64,000 nt of DNA, taken from assembly GCA_964016885.1 (NCBI GenBank), contig OZ024742.1, positions 25,296,001 to 25,360,000 on the forward strand, in the 5' to 3' direction. The position numbers were made by a program, and so were the translations under genes. This DNA comes from Eledone cirrhosa (lineage: Eukaryota). Under the pieces are notes generated by a model. It saw only the letters and a list, made by a program, of their open reading frames with translations. It searched no databases and was not told where the DNA came from. This document shows, in pieces, positions 41,901 to 56,900 of this stretch (the first letter of the stretch is position 1; every line of letters begins with the position of its first letter).

Positions 41901-44900
41901 CTCCACCACTGTTAAATTCTATAATCTATGTTACACAAAATCTATGTTACACCACTAGCCCCACTCTACCACTGTTAAATCCTACAATCTATGTTACACA
42001 ACTACCCCACTCCACCAGTGTTAAATCCTACAATCTATGTTACACAAAATATATGTTACACAACTATCCCACACCACCAGTGTTAAATCCTACAATCTAT
42101 GTTACACAACTTCCCCACTCCACCACTGTTAAATCCTACAATCTATGTTACACTAAATATATGTTACACAACTACCCCACTCCACCACTGTTAAATCCTA
42201 TAATCTATGTTACAATAAATCTATGTTACACAAATACGCCACTCCACCAGTGTTAAATCCTACAATCTATGTTACACTAAACCTGTTACACAACTATCCC
42301 ACTCCACCACTGTTAAATCCTATAATCTATGTTACACAACTACCCAACTCCACCCCTGTTAAATCCTATAATCTATGTTACACGAAATCTATGTTACACA
42401 ACTACGCCTCTCCAACAGTGTTAAATCCTACAATTTATGTTACACTAAAGCTATGTTACACAACTATCCAACTCCACCACTGTTAAATCCTATAATCTAT
42501 GTTACACTAAATCTATGTTACACAACCACCCCACTCCACCACTGTTAAATCCTATAATCTATGTTACACTAAATCTATGTTACACAACTACCCCACTCCA
42601 CCACCGTTAAATCCTACAATCTATGTTAAACTAAATCTATGTTACACAACAAACCCACTCCACCACTGTTAAATCCTACAATCTATGTTACACTAAATCT
42701 TTGTTACACAACTACCCCACTCCACCACTGTTAAATCCTATAATCTATGTTACACAACTATCCCACTCCACCAGTATTAAATCCTATAATCTATGTTACA
42801 CAACTACCCACTCCACCAGTATTAATTCTTACAATCTATGTTACACTAAATCTATGTTACAAAACTACCCCACTCCACCAGTGTTAAATCCTACAATCTA
42901 TGTTACACTAAATCTATGTTACACAACTACCCTACTCTACCAGTGTTAAATCCTATAATCTATGTTACACAACTACCCCACTCCACCAGTGTTAAATCCT
43001 ATAATCTATGTTACACAACTACCACACTCCACCACTTTTAAATCATATAATCTACGTTACACAACTACTCCACTCCACCAGTGTTAAATCCTATAATCTA
43101 TATTACACAACTACCCCACTCCACCAGTGTTAAATCCTACAATCTATGTTACACTAAATCTATGTTACACAACTACCCCACTCCACCACTGTTAAATCCT
43201 ATAATGTTTGTTACACTAAATCTATGTTACACAACTACCCCACTCCACCAGTGTTAAATCCTATAATCTATGTTACACTAAATCTATGTTACACAATTAT
43301 CCCACTCCACCACTGTTAAATCCTACAATCTATGTTACACAACTACCCCACTCCACCACTGTTAAATCCTATAATCTATGTTACACTAAATCTATGTTAC
43401 ACAACTACCCCAATCCACCAGTGTTAAATCCTACAATCTATGTTACACTAAATCTATGTTACACAACTACCCCACTCCACCACTGTTAAATCCTACAATC
43501 TATGTTACACTACTACCCCACTCCACCACTGTTAAACCATATAATCTATGTTACACAAAATCTATGTTACACAACTATCCCACTCCACCACTGTTAAATC
43601 CTATAATCTATGTTACACAACTAACCCACTCCACCCTGTTAAATCCTATAATCTATGTTACACTAAATCTACGTGACACAACTACCCCACTCCACCAGTG
43701 TTAAATCCTATAATCTATGTTACACAACTACCCCACTCCACCAGTGTTAAATCCTAGAATCTATGTTACACTAAATCTAGGTTACACAACTACCCCACTC
43801 CACCACTGTTAAATCCTATAATCTATGTTACACTAAATCTATGTTTCACAACTACCCCACTGCACCAGTGTTAAATCCTATAATCTATGTTACACTAAAT
43901 CTATGTAACACAACTATCCCACTCCACCACTGTTAAATCCTACAATCTATGTTACACAACTACCCCACTCCACCACTGTTAAATCCTATAATCTATGTTA
44001 CACTAAATCTATGTTACACAACTACCTTAATCCACCAGTGTTAAATCCTACAATCTATGTTACACTAAATCTATGTTACACAACCACCCCACTCCACCAG
44101 TGTTAAATCCTATAATCTATGTTACACTACTATCCCACTCCACCTATGTTAAATCCTATAATCTATGTTACACAAAATCTATGTTACACAACTACCCCAC
44201 TCCACCACTGTTAAATTCTATAATCTATGTTACACAAAATCTATGTTACACCACTAGCCCCACTCTACCACTGTTAAATCCTACAATCTATGTTACACAA
44301 CTACCCCACTCCACCAGTGTTAAATCCTACAATCTATGTTACACAAAATATATGTTACACAACTACCCCACACCACCACTGTTAAATCCTACAATCTATG
44401 TTACACAACTTCCCCACTCCACCACTGTTAAATCCTACAATCTATGTTACACTAAACCTGTTACACAACTATCCCACTCCGCCACTGTTAAATCCTATAA
44501 TCTATGTTACACAACTACCCAACTCCACCCCTGTTAAATCCTATAATCTATGTTACACGAAATCTATGTTACACAACTACGCCTCTCCAACAGTGTTAAA
44601 TCCTACAATTTATGTTACACTAAATCTATGTTTCACAACTATCCGACTCCACCACTGTTAAATCCTATAATCTATGTTACACTAAATCTATGTTACACAA
44701 CCACCCCACTCCACCACTGTTAAATCCTATAATCTATGTTACACTAAATCTATGTTACACAACTACCCCACTCCACCACCGTTAAATCCTACAATCTATG
44801 TTAAACTAAATCTATGTTACACAACAAACCCACTCCACCACTGTTAAATCCTACAATCTATGTTACACTAAATCTTTGTTACACAACTACCCCACTCCAC

Positions 44901-47900
44901 CACTGTTAAATCCTATAATCTATGTTACACAACTATCCCACTCCACCAGTATTAAATCCTATAATCTATGTTACACAACTACCCACTCCACCAGTATTAA
45001 TTCTTACAATCTATGTTACACTAAATCTATGTTACAAAACTACCCCACTCCACCAGTGTTAAATCCTACAATCTATGTTACACTAAATCTATGTTACACA
45101 ACTACCCTACTCTACCAGTGTTAAATCCTATAATCTATGTTACACAACTACCCCACTCCACCAGTGTTAAATCCTATAATCTATGTTACACAACTACCCC
45201 ACTCCACCACTTTTAAATCCTATAATCTACGTTACACAACTACCCCACTCCACCAGTGTTAAATACTATAATCTATATTACACAACTACCCCACTCCACC
45301 AGTGTTAAATCCTACAATCTATGTTACACTAAATCTATGTTACACAACTACCCCACTCCACCGCTGTTAAATCCTATAATGTTTGTTACACTAAATCTAT
45401 GTTACACAACTACCCCACTCCACCAGTGTTAAATCCTATAATCTATGTTACACTAAATCTATGTTACACAATTATCCCACTCCACCACTGTTAAATCCTA
45501 CAATCTATGTTACACAACTACCCCACTCCACCACTGTTAAATCCTATAATCTATGTTACACTAAATCTATGTTACACAACTACCCCAATCCACCAGTGTT
45601 AAATCCTACAATCTATGTTACACTAAATCTATGTTACACAACTACCCCAATCCACCAGTGTTAAATCCTATAATCTATGTTACATTACTACCCCACTCCA
45701 CCACTGTTAAATCCTATAATCTATGTTACACAAAATCTATGTTACACAACTACCCCACTACACCATTGTTAAATTCTATAATCTATGTTACACAAAATCT
45801 ATGTTACACCACTAGCCCCACTCCACCACTATTAAATCCTACAATCTATGTTACACTAAATATATGTTACACAACTACCCCACTCCACCACTGTTAAATC
45901 CTATAATCTATGTTACAATAAATCTATGTTACACAAATACGCCACTCCACCAGTGTTAAATCCTACAATCTATGTTACACTAAACCTGTTACACAACTAT
46001 CCCACTCCACCACTGTTAAATCCTATAATCTATGTTACACAACTACCCAACTCCACCCCTGTTAAATCCTATAATCTATGTTACACGAAATCTATGTTAC
46101 ACAACTACGCCTCTCCAACAGTGTTAAATCCTACAATTTATGTTACACTAAAGCTATGTTACACAACTATCCAACTCCACCACTGTTAAATCCTATAATC
46201 TATGTTACACTAAATCTATGTTACACAACCACCCCACTCCACCACTGTTAAATCCTATAATCTATGTTACACTAAATCTATGTTACACAACTACCCCACT
46301 CCACCACCGTTAAATCCTACAATCTATGTTAAACTAAATCTATGTTACACAACAAACCCACTCCACCACTGTTAAATCCTACAATCTATGTTACACTAAA
46401 TCTTTGTTACACAACTACCCCACTCCACCACTGTTAAATCCTATAATCTATGTTACACAACTATCCCACTCCACCAGTATTAAATCCTATAATCTATGTT
46501 ACACAACTACCCACTCCACCAGTATTAATTCTTACAATCTATGTTACACTAAATCTATGTTACAAAACTACCCCACTCCACCAGTGTTAAATCCTACAAT
46601 CTATGTTACACTAAATCTATGTTACACAACTACCCTACTCTACCAGTGTTAAATCCTATAATCTATGTTACACAACTACCCCACTCCACCAGTGTTAAAT
46701 CCTATAATCTATGTTACACAACTACCACACTCCACCACTTTTAAATCATATAATCTACGTTACACAACTACTCCACTCCACCAGTGTTAAATCCTATAAT
46801 CTATATTACACAACTACCCCACTCCACCAGTGTTAAATCCTACAATCTATGTTACACTAAATCTATGTTACACAACTACCCCACTCCACCACTGTTAAAT
46901 CCTATAATGTTTGTTACACTAAATCTATGTTACACAACTACCCCACTCCACCAGTGTTAAATCCTATAATCTATGTTACACTAAATCTATGTTACACAAT
47001 TATCCCACTCCACCACTGTTAAATCCTACAATCTATGTTACACAACTACCCCACTCCACCACTGTTAAATCCTATAATCTATGTTACACTAAATCTATGT
47101 TACACAACTACCCCAATCCACCAGTGTTAAATCCTACAATCTATGTTACACTAAATCTATGTTACACAACTACCCCACTCCACCACTGTTAAATCCTACA
47201 ATCTATGTTACACTACTACCCCACTCCACCACTGTTAAACCATATAATCTATGTTACACAAAATCTATGTTACACAACTATCCCACTCCACCACTGTTAA
47301 ATCCTATAATCTATGTTACACAACTAACCCACTCCACCCTGTTAAATCCTATAATCTATGTTACACTAAATCTACGTGACACAACTACCCCACTCCACCA
47401 GTGTTAAATCCTATAATCTATGTTACACAACTACCCCACTCCACCAGTGTTAAATCCTAGAATCTATGTTACACTAAATCTAGGTTACACAACTACCCCA
47501 CTCCACCACTGTTAAATCCTATAATCTATGTTACACTAAATCTATGTTTCACAACTACCCCACTGCACCAGTGTTAAATCCTATAATCTATGTTACACTA
47601 AATCTATGTAACACAACTATCCCACTCCACCACTGTTAAATCCTACAATCTATGTTACACAACTACCCCACTCCACCACTGTTAAATCCTATAATCTATG
47701 TTACACTAAATCTATGTTACACAACTACCTTAATCCACCAGTGTTAAATCCTACAATCTATGTTACACTAAATCTATGTTACACAACCACCCCACTCCAC
47801 CAGTGTTAAATCCTATAATCTATGTTACACTACTATCCCACTCCACCTATGTTAAATCCTATAATCTATGTTACACAAAATCTATGTTACACAACTACCC

Positions 47901-50900
47901 CACTCCACCACTGTTAAATTCTATAATCTATGTTACACAAAATCTATGTTACACCACTAGCCCCACTCTACCACTGTTAAATCCTACAATCTATGTTACA
48001 CAACTACCCCACTCCACCAGTGTTAAATCCTACAATCTATGTTACACAAAATATATGTTACACAACTACCCCACACCACCACTGTTAAATCCTACAATCT
48101 ATGTTACACAACTTCCCCACTCCACCACTGTTAAATCCTACAATCTATGTTACACTAAACCTGTTACACAACTATCCCACTCCGCCACTGTTAAATCCTA
48201 TAATCTATGTTACACAACTACCCAACTCCACCCCTGTTAAATCCTATAATCTATGTTACACGAAATCTATGTTACACAACTACGCCTCTCCAACAGTGTT
48301 AAATCCTACAATTTATGTTACACTAAATCTATGTTTCACAACTATCCGACTCCACCACTGTTAAATCCTATAATCTATGTTACACTAAATCTATGTTACA
48401 CAACCACCCCACTCCACCACTGTTAAATCCTATAATCTATGTTACACTAAATCTATGTTACACAACTACCCCACTCCACCACCGTTAAATCCTACAATCT
48501 ATGTTAAACTAAATCTATGTTACACAACAAACCCACTCCACCACTGTTAAATCCTACAATCTATGTTACACTAAATATTTGTTACACAACTACCCCACTC
48601 CACCACTGTTAAATCCTATAATCTATGTTGCACAACTATCCCACTCCACCAGTATTAAATCCTATAATCTATGTTACACAACTACCCACTCCACCAGTAT
48701 TAATTCTTACAATCTATGTTACACTAAATCTATGTTACAAAACTACCCCACTCCACCAGTGTTAAATCCTACAATCTATGTTACACTAAATCTATGTTAC
48801 ACAACTACCCTACTCTACCAGTGTTAAATCCTATAATCTATGTTACACAACTACCCCACTCCACCAGTGTTAAATCCTATAATCTATGTTACACAACTAC
48901 CCCACTCCACCACTTTTAAATCCTATAATCTACGTTACACAACTACCCCACTCCACCAGTGTTAAATACTATAATCTATATTACACAACTACCCCACTCC
49001 ACCAGTGTTAAATCCTACAATCTATGTTACACTAAATCTATGTTACACAACTACCCCACTCCACCGCTGTTAAATCCTATAATGTTTGTTACACTAAATC
49101 TATGTTACACAACTACCCCACTCCACCAGTGTTAAATCCTATAATCTATGTTACACTAAATCTATGTTACACAATTATCCCACTCCACCACTGTTAAATC
49201 CTACAATCTATGTTACACAACTACCCCACTCCACCACTGTTAAATCCTATAATCTATGTTACACTAAATCTATGTTACACAACTACCCCAATCCACCAGT
49301 GTTAAATCCTACAATCTATGTTACACTAAATCTATGTTACACAACTACCCCAATCCACCAGTGTTAAATCCTATAATCTATGTTACATTACTACCCCACT
49401 CCACCACTGTTAAATCCTATAATCTATGTTACACAAAATCTATGTTACACAACTACCCCACTACACCATTGTTAAATTCTATAATCTATGTTACACAAAA
49501 TCTATGTTACACCACTAGCCCCACTCCACCACTATTAAATCCTACTATCTATGTTACACAACTACCCCACTCCACCAGTGTTAAATCCTACAATCTATGT
49601 TACACTAAATCGATGTTACACAACTACCCCACTCCACCACTGTTAAATCCTACAATCTATGTTACACAACTTCCCCACTCCACCACTGTTAAATCCTACA
49701 ATCTATGTTACACTACTACCCCACTCCAACAGTGTTAAATCCTACAATCTATGTTACACTAAATCTATGTTACACAACTACCCCACTCCACCACTGTTAA
49801 ATCCTATAATCTATGTTACACTAAATCTATGTTACACAACTACGCCACTCCAACAGTGTTAAATCCTACAATCTATGTTACACTAAATCTATGTTACACA
49901 ACTACCCCACTCCACCACTGTTAAATCCTATAATCTATGTTAAACTAAATCTATGTTACACAACTACGCCACTCCACCAGTGTTAAATCCTACAATCTAT
50001 GTTACACTAAATCTATGTTACACAAATATCCCACTCCACCACTGTTAAATCCTATAATCTATGTTACACTAAATCTACGTTACACTAAATCTATGTTACA
50101 CAACTACGCCACTCCACCAGTATTAAATCCTACAATCTATGTTGCACTAAATCTATGTTACACAACTATCCCACTCCACCACTGTTAAATCCTATAATCT
50201 ATGTTACACTAAATCTATGTTACACAACCACCCCACTCCACCACTGTTAAATCCTGTAATCTATGTTACACTAAATCTATGTTACACAACTACCCCACTC
50301 CACCTGTGTTAAATCCTATAATCTATGTTACACAACTACCCCACTCCACCAGTTTTAAATCCTACAATCTATGTTTCACTGAATCTATGTTACACTAAAT
50401 ATATGTTACACTAAATCTATGTTACACTAAATCTATGTTACACTACTACCCAACTCCACTACTGTTAAATCCTATAATCTATGTTACACCACTACCCCAC
50501 TCCACTACTGTTAAATCCTATAATCTATGTTACACAACTACCCCACTCCACCACTGTTAAATCCTATAATCTATGTTACACTAAATCTATGTTACACAAC
50601 TATCCCACTCCACAACTGTCAAATCCTACAATCTATGTTACACAACTACCCCACTCCACCACTGTTAAATTCTATAATCTATGTTACCCTAAATCTATGT
50701 TACACAAGTACGCCACTCCACCAGTGTTAAATCCTACAATATATGTTACACTAGCTCTATGTTACGCAACTACCCCACTACACCACGGTTAAATCCTACA
50801 ATCTATGTTACACTAAATCTATGTTACACAACAAACCCACTCCACCACTGTTAAATCCTACAATCTATGTTACACTAAATCTTTGTTACACAACTACCCT

Positions 50901-53900
50901 ACTCCACCACTATTAAATCCTATAATCTCTGTTACACAACTATCCCACTCCACCAGTATTAAATCCTATAATCTATGTTACACAACTACCCCTCTCCACC
51001 AGTATTAATTCCTACAATCTATGTTACACTAAATCTATGTTACACAACTACCACACTCCACCAGTGTTAAATCCTACAATCTATGTTACACTAAATCTAT
51101 GTTACAGAAGTACCCCAGTCCACCAGTGTTAAATCCTATAATCTATGTTACACAACTACGCCACTCCACCAGTGTTAAATCCTACAATCTATGTTACACT
51201 AGCTCTATGTTACGCAACTACCCCACTCCACCACTGTTAAATCCTACAATCTATGTTACACTAAATCTATGTTACACAACAACCCACTCCACCACTGTTA
51301 AATCCTACAATCTATGTTACACTAAATCTTTGTTACACAACAACCCCACTCCACCACTGTTAAATCCTATAATCTATGTTACACAAATACCCCTCTCCAC
51401 CAGTATTAATTCCTACAATCTATGTTAAACTAAATCTATGTTACACAACTACCACACTCCACCAGTGTTAAATCCTATAATCTATGTTACACAACTACCC
51501 CACTCCACCACTTTTAAATCCTATAATCTACGTTACACATCTAACCCACTCCACCAGTGTTAAATCCTATAATCTATGTTACACAACTACCCCACTACAC
51601 CAGTGTTAAATCCTACAATCTATGTTACACTAAATCTATTTTACACAACTACCCCACTCCACCACTGTTAAATACTTCAATCTATGTTACACAACTACCC
51701 CACTCCACCACTCTTAAATCCTATAATCTATGTTACACTAAATCTATGTTACACAACTAACCCAATCCACCAGTGTTAAATCCTACAATCTATGTTACAC
51801 TAATTCTATGTTACACAACTACTCCACTCCACCAGTGTTAAATCCTATAATCTATGTTACACTACTACCCCACTCCCCTACTGTTAAATCCTAAAATATA
51901 TGTTACACAAAATGTATGTTACACAACTACCCCACTCCACCACTGTTAAATTCTATAATCTATGTTACACAAAATATATGTTACACCACTAGCCCAACTC
52001 CACCACTGTTAAATCCTACAATCTATGTTACACTAATTCTATGTTACACAACTACTCCACTCCACCAGTGTTAAATCCTACAATCTACGTTACACAACTA
52101 CCCCACTCCACCAGTGTTAAATCCTAGAATCTATGTTACACTAAATCTATGTTACACAACTACCCCACTCCACCACTGTTAAATCCTACAATCTATGTAA
52201 CACTAATACCCCACTCCACCACTGTTAAACCATATAATCTATGTTACACAAAATCTATGTTACACAACTATCCCACTCCACCACTGTTAAATCCTATAAT
52301 CTATGTTACACAACTAACCCACTCCACCCTGTTAAATCCTATAATCTATGTTACACTAAATCTACGTTACACAACTACCCCACTCCACCAGTGTTAAATC
52401 CTATAATCTATGTTACACAACTACCCCACTCCACCAGTGTTAAATCCTACAATCTATGTTACACTAAATCTAGGTTACACAACTACCCCACTCCACCACG
52501 GTTAAATCCTACAATCTATGTTACACTAAATCTATGTTACACAACAAACCCACTCCACCACTGTTAAATCCTACAATCTATGTTACACTAAATCTTTGTT
52601 ACACAACTACCCTACTCCACCACTATTAAATCCTATAATCTCTGTTACACAACTATCCCACTCCACCAGTATTAAATCCTATAATCTATGTTACACAACT
52701 ACCCCTCTCCACCAGTATTAATTCCTACAATCTATGTTACACTAAATCTATGTTACAGAAGTACCCCAGTCCACCAGTGTTAAATCCTATAATCTATGTT
52801 ACACAACTACGCCACTCCACCAGTGTTAAATCCTACAATCTATGTTACACTAGCTCTATGTTACGCAACTACCCCACTCCACCACTGTTAAATCCTACAA
52901 TCTATGTTACACAACAACCCACTCCACCACTGTTAAATCCTACAATCTATGTTACACTAAATCTTTGTTACACAACAACCCCACTCCACCACTGTTAAAT
53001 CCTATAATCTATGTTACACAACTACCCCTCTCCACCAGTATTAATTCCTACAATCTATGTTAAACTAAATCTATGTTACACAACTACCACACTCCACCAG
53101 TGTTAAATCCTATAATCTATGTTACACAACTACCCCACTCCACCACTTTTAAATCCTATAATCTACGTTACACATCTAACCCACTCCACCAGTGTTAAAT
53201 CCTATAATCTATATTACACAACTACCCCACTACACCAGTGTTAAATCCTACAATCTATGTTACACTAAATCTATTTTACACAACTACCCCACTCCACCAC
53301 TGTTAAATACTTCAATCTATGTTACACAACTACCCCACTCCACCACTCTTAAATCCTATAATCTATGTTACGCTAAATCTATGTTACACAACTAACCCAA
53401 TCCACCAGTGTTAAATCCTACAATCTATGTTACACTAATTCTATGTTACACAACTACTCCACTCCACCAGTGTTAAATCCTATAATCTATGTTACACTAC
53501 TACCCCACTCCCCTACTGTTAAATCCTAAAATATATGTTACACAAAATGTATGTTACACAACTACCCCACTCCACCACTGTTAAATTCTATAATCTATGT
53601 TACACAAAATATATGTTACACCACTAGCCCAACTCCACCACTGTTAAATCCTACAATCTACGTTACACAACTACCCCACTCCACCAGTGTTAAATCCTAG
53701 AATCTATGTTACACTAAATCTATGTTACACAACTACCCCACTCCACCACTGTTAAATCCTACAATCTATGTTACACTAATACCCCACTCCACCACTGTTA
53801 AACCATATAATCTATGTTACACAAAATCTATGTTACACAACTATCCCACTCCACCACTGTTAAATCCTATAATCTATGTTACACAACTAACCCACTCCAC

Positions 53901-56900
53901 CCTGTTAAATCCTATAATCTATGTTACACTAAATCTACGTTACACAACTACCCCACTCCACCAGTGTTAAATCCTATAATCTATGTTACACAACTACCCC
54001 ACTCCACCAGTGTTAAATCCTACAATCTATGTTACACTAAATCTAGGTTACACAACTACCCCACTCCACCACTGTTAAATCCTATAATCTATGTTACACT
54101 AAATCTATGTTTCACAACTACCCCACTGCACCAGTGTTAAATCCTATAATCTATGTTACACTAAATCTATGTTACACAACTATCCCACTCCACCACTGTT
54201 AAATCCTACAATCTATGTTACACAACTACCCCACTCCACCACTGTTAAATCCTATAATCTATGTTACACTAAATCTATGTTACACAACTACCTTAATCCA
54301 CCAGTGTTAAATCCTACAATCTATGTTACACTAAATCTATGTTACACAACTACCCCACTCCACCACTGTTAAATCCTATAATCTATGTTACACAACTATC
54401 CCACTCCACCAGTATTAAATCCTATAATCTATGTTACACAACTACCCCACTCCACCAGTATTAATTCCTACAATCTATGTTACACTAAATCTATGTTACA
54501 AAACTACCCCACTCCACCAGTGTTAAATCCTACAATCTATGTTACACTAAATCTATGTTACACAACTACCCTACTCTACCAGTGTTAAATCCTATAATCT
54601 ATGTTACACAACTACCCCACTCCACCGGTGTTAAATCCTATAATCTATGTTACACAACTACCCCACTCCACCGCTTTTAAATCCTATAATCTACGTTACA
54701 CAACTACCCCACTCCACCAGTGTTAAATCCTATAATCTATATTACACAACTACCCCACTCCACCAGTGTTAAATCCTACAATCTATGTTACACTAAATCT
54801 ATGTTACACAACTACCCCACTCCACCACTGTTAAATCCTATAATGTTTGTTACACTAAATCTATGTTACACAACTACCCCACTCCACCAGTGTTAAATCC
54901 TATAATCTATGTTACACTAAATCTATGTTACACAACTATCCCACTCCACCACTGTTAAATCCTACAATCTATGTTACACAACTACCCCACTCCACCACTG
55001 TTAAATCCTATAATCTATGTTACACTAAATCTATGTTACACAACTACCCCACTCCACCAGTGTTAAATCCTATAATCTATGTTACACTACTACCCCACTC
55101 CACCACTGTTAAATCCTATAATCTATGTTACACAAAATCTATGTTACACAACTACTCCACTAAACCATTGTTAAATTCTATAATCTATGTTACACAAAAT
55201 CTATGTTACACCACTAGCCCCACTCCACCACTGTTAAATCCTACTATGTTACACAACTACCCCACTCCACCAGTGTTAAATCCTACAATCTATGTTACAC
55301 TAAATCTATGTTACACAACTACCCCACTCCACCACTGTTAAATCCTACAATCTATGTTACACAACTTCCCCACTCCACCACTGTTAAATCCTACAATCTA
55401 TGTTACACTACTATCCCACTCCACCACTGTTATATCCTATAATCTATGTTACACAAAATCTATGTTACACAACTATCCCACTCCACCATTGTTAAATCCT
55501 ATAATCTATGTTACACAACTACCCCACTCCACCCCTGTTAAATCCTATAATCTATGTTACACTAAATCTATGTTACACAACTACGCCACTCCACCAGTGT
55601 TAAATCCTACAATCTATGTTACACTAAATCTATGTTACACAACTATCCCACTCCACCACTGTTAAATCCTATAATCTATGTTACACTAAATCAAAGTTAC
55701 ACTAAATCTATGTTACACAACTACGCCACTCCACCAGTGTTAAATCCTACAATCTATGTTGCACTAAATCTATGTTACACAACTATCCCACTCCACCACT
55801 GTTAAATCCTATAATCTATGTTACACTAAATCTATGTTACACAACCACCCCACTCCACCACTGTTAAATCCTATAATCTATGTTACACTAAATCTATGTT
55901 ACACAACTACCCCACTCCACCTGTGTTAAATCCTATAATCTATGTTACACAACTACCCCACTCCACCAGTGTTAAATCCTACAATCTATGTTACACTAAA
56001 TCTATGTTACACAACTACCCCACTCCACCACTGTTAAATCCTACAATCTATGTTACACAACTTCCCCACTCCACCACTGTTAAATCCTACAATCTATGTT
56101 ACACTACTACCCCACTCCACCACTGTTAAATCCTATAATCTATGTTACACAAAATCCATGTTACACAACTATCCCACTCCACCATTGTTAAATCCTATAA
56201 TCTATGTTACACAACTACCCCACTCCAACCCTGTTAAATCCTATAATCTATGTTACACTAAATCTATGTTACACAACTACGCCACTCCACCAGTGTTAAA
56301 TCCTACAATCTATGTTACACTAAATCTATGTTACACAACTATCCCACTCCACCACTGTTAAATCCTATAATCTATGTTACACTAAATCTACGTTACACTA
56401 AATCTATGTTACACAACTACGCCACTCCACCAGTGTTAAATCCTACAATCTATGTTGCACTAAATCTATGTTACACAACCACCCCACTCCACCACTGTTA
56501 AATCCTATAATCTATGATACACAACTATCCCACTCCACCACTGTTAACTCCTATAATCTATGTTACACTAAATCTATGTTACACAACCACCCCACTCCAC
56601 CACTGTTAAATCCTATAATCTGTTACACTAAATCTATGTTACACAACCACCCCACTCCACCAGTGTTAAATCCTATAATCTATGTTACACAACTACCCCA
56701 CTCCACCAGTTTTAAATCCTACAATCTATGTTTCACTGAATCTATGTTACACTAAATCTATGTTACACAACTACCCCACTCCACCAGTGTTAAACCTACA
56801 ATCTATGTTACACTAAATCTATGTTACACTACTACCCAACTCCACTACTGTTAAATCCTATAATCTATGTTACACAACTACCCCACTCCACTACTGTTAA

